Shown here piece by piece: positions 50,101-56,574 of a DNA stretch of 56,574 nt. A program made the translations under genes and the position numbers. Every line of letters starts with the position of its first letter. Position 1 is the first letter of the stretch. Under the pieces are notes generated by a model that was given only the letters and a program-made list of their open reading frames with translations, was not told the origin of the DNA and searched no databases. The stretch covers positions 1-56,574 of the forward strand of contig NEEC01000189.1 of the NCBI GenBank assembly GCA_002189035.1, given 5' to 3'. Source of the DNA: Utricularia gibba. Lineage: Eukaryota > Plantae > Magnoliophyta.

Positions 50101-53100
50101 TTGTCCACAAGCTTTATATTTGAGGAGGCGCTCTCGAGGGGCAGGATCGGGCCGGAGGTCCGGCTCGGCCCCATAGTCATTTGTAGCCCGGCAAAAAATG
50201 TGATCCATTTATTAACGTTGGGTTTTCGGCACCTGCCTACATGGTTTGAAGGAAAAGCTTGTCGTTTTTGGGTGGGTGCTTTTGTTGGGAATTCATCCGG
50301 ACCCAAGGTTCGTTCGACTCCTGAGCCCAATGGGTCCTATTCGACGAAAATCGTGATGCATTTTTTGAAGTTAGGATGTCATGAGCACCCCAAATGGTTT
50401 TCTTGTCCACAAGCTTTATATTTGAGGAGGCGCTCTCGAGGGGCACCAGGATCGGGCCGGAGGTCAGGTCGGGCTCGGCCCATAGTCATTTGTAGCCCGG
50501 CAAAAAATGTGATCCATTTATTAACGTTGGGTTTTTCGGCACCTGCCTACATGTTTTGAAGGAAAAGCTTGTCGTTTTTGGGTGGGTGCTTTCGTTGGGA
50601 AGTTCATCCGGACCCAAGGTTCGTTCGACTCCTGAGCCCAATGGGGTCCTATTCGACGAAAATCGTGATGCATTTTTTGAAGTTAGGATGTCATGAGCAC
50701 CCCAAATGGTTTTCTTGTCCACAAGCTTTATATTTGAGGAGGCGCTCTCGAGGGGCACCAGGATCGGGCCGGAGGTCGGTCGGGCTCGGCCCCATAGTCA
50801 TTTGTAGCCCGGCAAAAAATGTGATCCATTTATTAACGTTGGGTTTTCGGCACCTGCCTACATGGTTTCTGAAGGAAAAGCTTCGTTTTTGGGTGGGTGC
50901 TGTTGTTGGAAATTCGTCCGGACCCAAGGTTCGGTTCGACTCCTGAGCCCAATGGGTCCTATCGTACTCATTAAGTTAGGATGTCATGAGCACCCCAAAT
51001 GGTTTTCAGCTTTATATTTGAGGAGGCGCTCTCGAGGGGCACTAGGATCGGGCCGGAGGTCAGGTCGCTCGGCCCATAGTCATTTGTAGCCCGGCAAAAA
51101 AAGTGATCCATTATTAACGTTGGGTTTTCGGCACTGCCTACATGGTTTCTGAAGGAAAAGCTTGTCGTTTTTGGGTGGGTGCTTTGTTGGGAATTCATCC
51201 GGACCCAAGGTTCGGTTCGACTCCTGAGCCCAATGGGGTCCTATTCGACGAAAATCGTGATGCATTTTTTGAAGTTAGGATGTCATGAGCACCCCAAATG
51301 GTTTTCTTGTCCACAAGCTTTATTTTGAGGAGGCGCTCTCGAGGGGCACTAGGATCGGGCCGGAGGTCGGTCGGGCTCGGCCCCATAGTCATTTGTAGCC
51401 CGGCAAAAAAGTGATCCATTTATTAACGTTGGGTTTTCGGCACTGCCTACATGGTTTCTGAAGGAAAAGCTTGTCGTTTTTGGGTGGGTGCTTTGTTGGG
51501 AAGTTCGTCCGGACCCAAGGTTCTGTTCGACTCCTGAGCCCAATGGGTCCTATTCGACGAAAATCGTGATGCATTTTTTGAAGTTAGGATGTCATGAGCA
51601 CCCCAAATGGTTTTCTTGTCCACAAGCTTTATATTTGAGGAGGCGCTCTCGAGGGGCACCAGGATCGGGCCGGAGGTCAGGTCGGGCTCGGCCCCATAGT
51701 CATTTGTAGCCCGGCAAAAAATGTGATCCATTTATTAACGTTGGGTTTTCGGCACCTGCCTACATGGTTTCTGAAGGAAAAGCTTGTCGTTTTTGGGTGG
51801 GTGCTTTCGTTGGGAAGTTCATCCGGACCCAAGGTTCTGTTCGACTCCTGAGCCCAATGGGTCCTATTCGACGAAAATCGTGATGCATTTTTTGAAGTTA
51901 GGATGTCATGAGCACCCCAAATGGTTTTCTTGTCCACAAGCTTTATATTTGAGGAGGCGCTCTCGAGGGGCACCAGGATCGGGCCGGAGGTCGGGTCGGG
52001 CTCGGCCCCATAGTCATTTGTAGCCCGGCAAAAAAAGTGATCCATTTATTAACGTTGGGTTTTCGGCACCTGCCTACATGGTTTGTGAAGGAAAAGCTTG
52101 TCGTTTTTGGGTGGGTGCTTTGTTGGATTCGTCCGGACCCAAGGTTCGGTTCGACTCCTGAGCCCAATCGGGTCCTATTCGACGAAAATCGTGATGCATT
52201 TTTTGAAGTTAGGATGTCATGAGCACCCCAAATGGTTTTCTTGTCCACAAGCTTTATATTTGAGGAGGCGCTCTCGAGGGGCACCAGGATCGGGCCGGAG
52301 GTCGGTCGGGCTCGGCCCCATAGTCATTTGTAGCCCGGCAAAAAATGTGATCCATTTATTAACGTTGGGTTTTCGGCGGCACCTGCCTACATGGTTTTGA
52401 AGGAAAAGCTTGTCGTTTTTGGGTGGGTGCTTTCGTTGGGAAGTTCATCCGGACCCAAGGTTCGTTCGACTCCTGAGCCCAATGGGGTCCTATTCGACGA
52501 AAATCGTGATGCATTTTTTGAAGTTAGGATGTCATGAGCACCCCAAATGGTTTTCTTGTCCACAAGCTTTATATTTGAGGAGGCGCTCTCGAGGGGCACT
52601 AGGATCGGGCCGGAGGTCGGTCGGGCTCGGCCCCATAGTCATTTGTAGCCCGGCAAAAAGTGATCCATTTATTAACGTTGGGTTTTCGGCACCTGCCTAC
52701 ATGGTTTCTGAAGGAAAAGCTTGTCGTTTTTGGGTGGGTGCTTTGTTGGGAAGTTCATCCGGACCCAAGGTTCGTTCGACTCCTGAGCCCAATGGGGTCC
52801 TATTCGACGAAAATCGTGATGCATTTTTTGAAGTTAGGATGTCATGAGCACCCCAAATGGTTTTCTTGTCCACAAGCTTTATATTTGAGGAGGCGCTCTC
52901 GAGGGGCACTAGGATCGGGCCGGAGGTCGGTCGGCTCGGCCCATAGTCATTTGTAGCCCGGCAAAAAAAGTGATCCATTTATTAACGTTGGGTTTTCGGC
53001 ACCTGCCTACATGGTTTCTGAAGGAAAAGCTTGTCGTTTTTGGGTGGGTGCTTTCGTTGGGAATTCATCCGGACCCAAGGTTCGTTCGACTCCTGAGCCC

Positions 53101-56100
53101 AATGGGGTCCTATTCGACGAAAATCGTGATGCATTTTTTGAAGTTAGGATGTCATGAGCACCCCAAATGGTTTTTTGTCCACAAGCTTTATATTTGAGGA
53201 GGCGCTCTCGAGGGGGCCGGAGGTCAGGTCGGGCTCGGCCCATAGTCATTTGTAGCCCGGCAAAAAATGTGATCCATTTATTAACGTTGGGTTTTCGGCA
53301 CCTGCCTACATGGTTTCTGAAGGAAAAGCTTGTCGTTTTTGGGTGGGTGCTTTGTTGGGAAATTCATCCGGACCCAAGGTTCGGTTCGACTCCTGAGCCC
53401 AATGGGTCCTATTCGACGAAAATCGTGATGCATTTTTTGAAGTTAGGATGTCATGAGCACCCCAAATGGTTTTCTTGTCCACAAGCTTTATATTTGAGGA
53501 GGCGCTCTCGAGGGGCACCAGGATCGGGCCGGAGGTCAGGTCGGGCTCGGCCCATAGTCATTTGTAGCCCGGCAAAAAAAGTGATCCATTTATTAACGTT
53601 GGGTTTTCGGCACTGCCTACATGGTTTCTGAAGGAAAAGCTTGTCGTTTTTGGGTGGGTGCTTTGTTGGGAATTCGTCCGGACCCAAGGTTCGGTTCGAC
53701 TCCTGAGCCCAATGGGGTCCTATTCGACGAAAATCGTGATGCATTTTTTGAAGTTAGGATGTCATGAGCACCCCAAATGGTTTTCTTGTCCACAAGCTTT
53801 ATATTTGAGGAGGCGCTCTCGAGGGGCACTAGGATCGGCCGGAGGTCGGGTCGGCTCGGCCCATAGTCATTTGTAGCCCGGCAAAAAAGTGATCCATTTA
53901 TTAACGTTGGTTTTCGGCACTGCCTACATGTTTCTGAAGGAAAAGCTTGTCGTTTTTGGGTGGGTGCTTTCGTTGGGAAGTTCATCGGACCCAAGGTTCT
54001 GTTCGACTCCTGAGCCCAATGGGGTCCTATTCGACGAAAATCGTGATGCATTTTTTGAAGTTAGGATGTCATGAGCACCCCAAATGGTTTTCTTGTCCAC
54101 AAGCTTTATATTTGAGGAGGCGCTCTCGAGGGGCACCAGGATCGGGCCGGAGGTCAGGTCGGGCTCGGCCCCATAGTCATTTGTAGCCCGGCAAAAAATG
54201 TGATCCATTTATTAACGTTGGGTTTTCGGCACCTGCCTACATGGTTTTGAAGGAAAAGCTTGTCGTTTTTGGGTGGGTGCTTTGTTGGAAATTCGTCCGG
54301 ACCCAAGGTTCGGTTCGACTCCTGAGCCCAATCGGGTCCTATTCGACGAAAATCGTGATGCATTTTTTGAAGTTAGGATGTCATGAGCACCCCAAATGGT
54401 TTTCTCAACCACATGCTTTATATTTGAGGAGGCGCTCTCGAGGGGCACCAGGATCGGGCCGGAGGTCGTCGGCTCGGCCCATAGTCATTTGTAGCCCGGC
54501 AAAAAAAGTGATCCATTTATTAACGTTGGGTTTTCGGCAGCTGCCTACATGGTTTCTGAAGGAAAAGCTTGTCGTTTTTGGGTGGGTGCTTTTGTTGGGA
54601 AGTTCATCCGGACCCAAGGTTCGGTTCGACTCCTGAGCCCAATGGGGTCCTATTCGACGAAAATCGTGATGCATTTTTTGAAGTTAGGATGTCATGAGCA
54701 CCCCAAATGGTTTTCTTGTCCACAAGCTTTTTATTTGAGGAGGCGCTCTCGAGGGGCACTAGGATCGGGCCGGAGGTCAGGTCGGGCTCGGCCCCATAGT
54801 CATTTGTAGCCCGGCAAAAAATGTGATCCATTTATTAACGTTGGTTTTCGGCACCTGCCTACATGGTTTTGAAGGAAAAGCTTGTCGTTTTTGGGTGGGT
54901 GCTTTCGTTGGGAAGTTCATCCGGACCCAAGGTTCGTTCGACTCCTGAGCCCAATGGGGTCCTATTCGACGAAAATCGTGATGCATTTTTTGAAGTTAGG
55001 ATGTCATGAGCACCCCAAATGGTTTTCTTGTCCACAAGCTTTATATTTGAGGAGGCGCTCTCGAGGGGCACCAGGATCGGGCCGGAGGTCAGGTCGGGCT
55101 CGGCCCCATAGTCATTTGTAGCCCGGCAAAAAATGTGATCCATTTATTAACGTTGGGTTTTCGGCACTGCCTACATGGTTTCTGAAGGAAAAGCTTGTCG
55201 TTTTTGGGTGGGTGCTTTCGTTGGGAAGTTCATCCGGACCCAAGGTTCTGTTCGACTCCTGAGCCCAATGGGGTCCTATTCGACGAAAATCGTGATGCAT
55301 TTTTTGAAGTTAGGATGTCATGAGCACCCCAAATGGTTTTCTTGTCCACAAGCTTTATATTTGAGGAGGCGCTCTCGAGGGGCACCAGGATCGGGCCGGA
55401 GGTCAGGTCGGGCTCGGCCCATAGTCATTTGTAGCCCGGCAAAAAAAGTGATCCATTTATTAACGTTGGGTTTTCGGCACTGCCTACATGGTTTGTGAAG
55501 GAAAAGCTTGTCGTTTTTGGGTGGGTGCTTTGTTGGGAATTCCCGGACCCAAGGTTCGGTTCGACTCCTGAGCCCAATCGGGTCCTATTCGACGAAAATC
55601 GTGATGCATTTTTGAAGTTAGGATGTCATGAGCACCCCAAATGGTTTTCTCATCCACAAGCTTTATATTGAGGAGGCGCTCTCGAGGGGCACCAGGATCG
55701 GGCCGGAGGTCGGGTCGGCTCGGCCCATAGTCATTTGTAGCCCGGCAAAAAAGTGATCCATTTATTAACGTTGGGTTTTCGGCACCTGCCTACATGGTTT
55801 TGAAGGAAAAGCTTGTCGTTTTTGGGTGGGTGCTTTGTTGGGAACTCGTCCGGACCCAAGGTTCGGTTCGACTCCTGAGCCCAATGGGGTCCTATTCGAC
55901 GAAAATCGTGATGCATTTTTTGAAGTTAGGATGTCATGAGCACCCCAAATGGTTTTCTTGTCCACAAGCTTTATATTTGAGGAGGCTCTCGAGGGCACTA
56001 GGATCGGGCCGGAGGTCAGGTCGAACTCGGGCCCATAGTCATTTGTAGCCCGGCAAAAAAAGTGATCCATTTATTAACGTTGGGTTTTCGGCACCTGCCT

Positions 56101-56574
56101 ACATGTTTCTGAAGGAAAAGCTTGTCGTTTTTGGGTGGGTGCTTTCGTTGGGAAGTTCATCCGGACCCAAGGTTCTGTTCGACTCCTGAGCCCAATGGGG
56201 TCCTATTCGACGAAAATCGTGATGCATTTTTTGAAGTTAGGATGTCATGAGCACCCCAAATGGTTTTCTTCCACAAGCTTTATATTTGAGGAGGCGCTCT
56301 CGAGGGGCACTAGGATCGGCCGGAGGTCAGGTCGGCTCGGCCCATAGTCATTTGTAGCCCGGCAAAAAAGTGATCCATTTATTAACGTTGGGTTTTCGGC
56401 ACCTGCCTACATGGTTTCTGAAGGAAAAGCTTGTCGTTTTGGGTGGGTGCTTTGTTGGAATTCATCCGGACCCAAGGTTCGGTTCGACTCCTGAGCCCAA
56501 TCGGGTCCTATTCGACGAAAATCGTGATGCATTTTTTGAAGTTAGGATGTCATGAGCACCCCAAATGGTTTTCT

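Larger units (their letters stand above)
1..56574 (+). repeat. Tandem satellite DNA array, ~313-bp monomer, ~180 copies, head-to-tail, single orientation (candidate centromeric/pericentromeric satellite)
   Basis: The landmark ATAGTCA recurs at 14, 327, 639, 952, 1264, 1576, 1890, 2202, 2516, 2828 and 3142 (spacing 312-314) and continues to the window end. Consensus: cccatagtcatttgtagcccggcaaaaaatgtgatccatttattaacgttgggttttcggcacctgcctacatggtttctgaaggaaaagcttgtcgtttttgggtgggtgctttcgttgggaagttcatccggacccaaggttcggttcgactcctgagcccaatggggtcctattcgacgaaaatcgtgatgcattttttgaagttaggatgtcatgagcaccccaaatggttttcttgtccacaagctttatatttgaggaggcgctctcgaggggcaccaggatcgggccggaggtcaggtcgggctcgg. The array is seen directly; the centromeric assignment is inference. 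Confidence 0.99.

Noticed and set aside
77-56555. Hundreds of 60-224-aa ORFs on both strands (e.g. MIHLLTLGFRHLPTWF..., MDHIFCRATNDYGAEPDL...)
   Set aside because: They are translations of the same repeat in shifting frames and are broken by constant 1-bp indels. There is no frame preservation and no recognisable domain, so this is not a repeat-protein gene.
1-56574. CRISPR array or other repeat-spacer system
   Set aside because: There are no unique spacers. The 'variable' segments are allelic versions of the same sequence, and there are no cas or other genes.
1-56574. Assignment to a named satellite family or species (CentO, CentC, pBV, alpha satellite, etc.)
   Set aside because: I recognise no sequence-level match; only the subunit length is similar. 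A BLAST or Repbase/PlantSat search is needed.

Overview
The whole 56,574-bp window is one head-to-tail tandem satellite DNA array in a single orientation, with about 180 monomers of ~310-315 bp (mean 312.8 bp over the first 10 units) and ~50% GC. I find no credible gene, RNA gene, transposon or CRISPR array. Every ORF in the track is a reading-frame product of the repeat. The structure lies inside the satellite. (1) Each ~313-bp monomer is a dimer of two diverged ~155-160-bp subunits, A and B, ~55-60% identical by hand alignment. (2) Monomers fall into classes whose variants co-segregate and recur as a loose higher-order repeat, with a hint of a ~7.2-kb super-period. (3) There are local disruptions: an A/B mosaic at 22.1-23.4 kb, a 176-bp truncated unit at 29.9 kb, and indel-rich units at 27.2-27.8 kb and 46.9-51.0 kb. 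Some of these are probably assembly or consensus artefacts. The architecture resembles a eukaryotic (peri)centromeric satellite and is plausibly plant, but the species and family cannot be identified from the sequence alone. I see no evidence for a novel protein-coding system.
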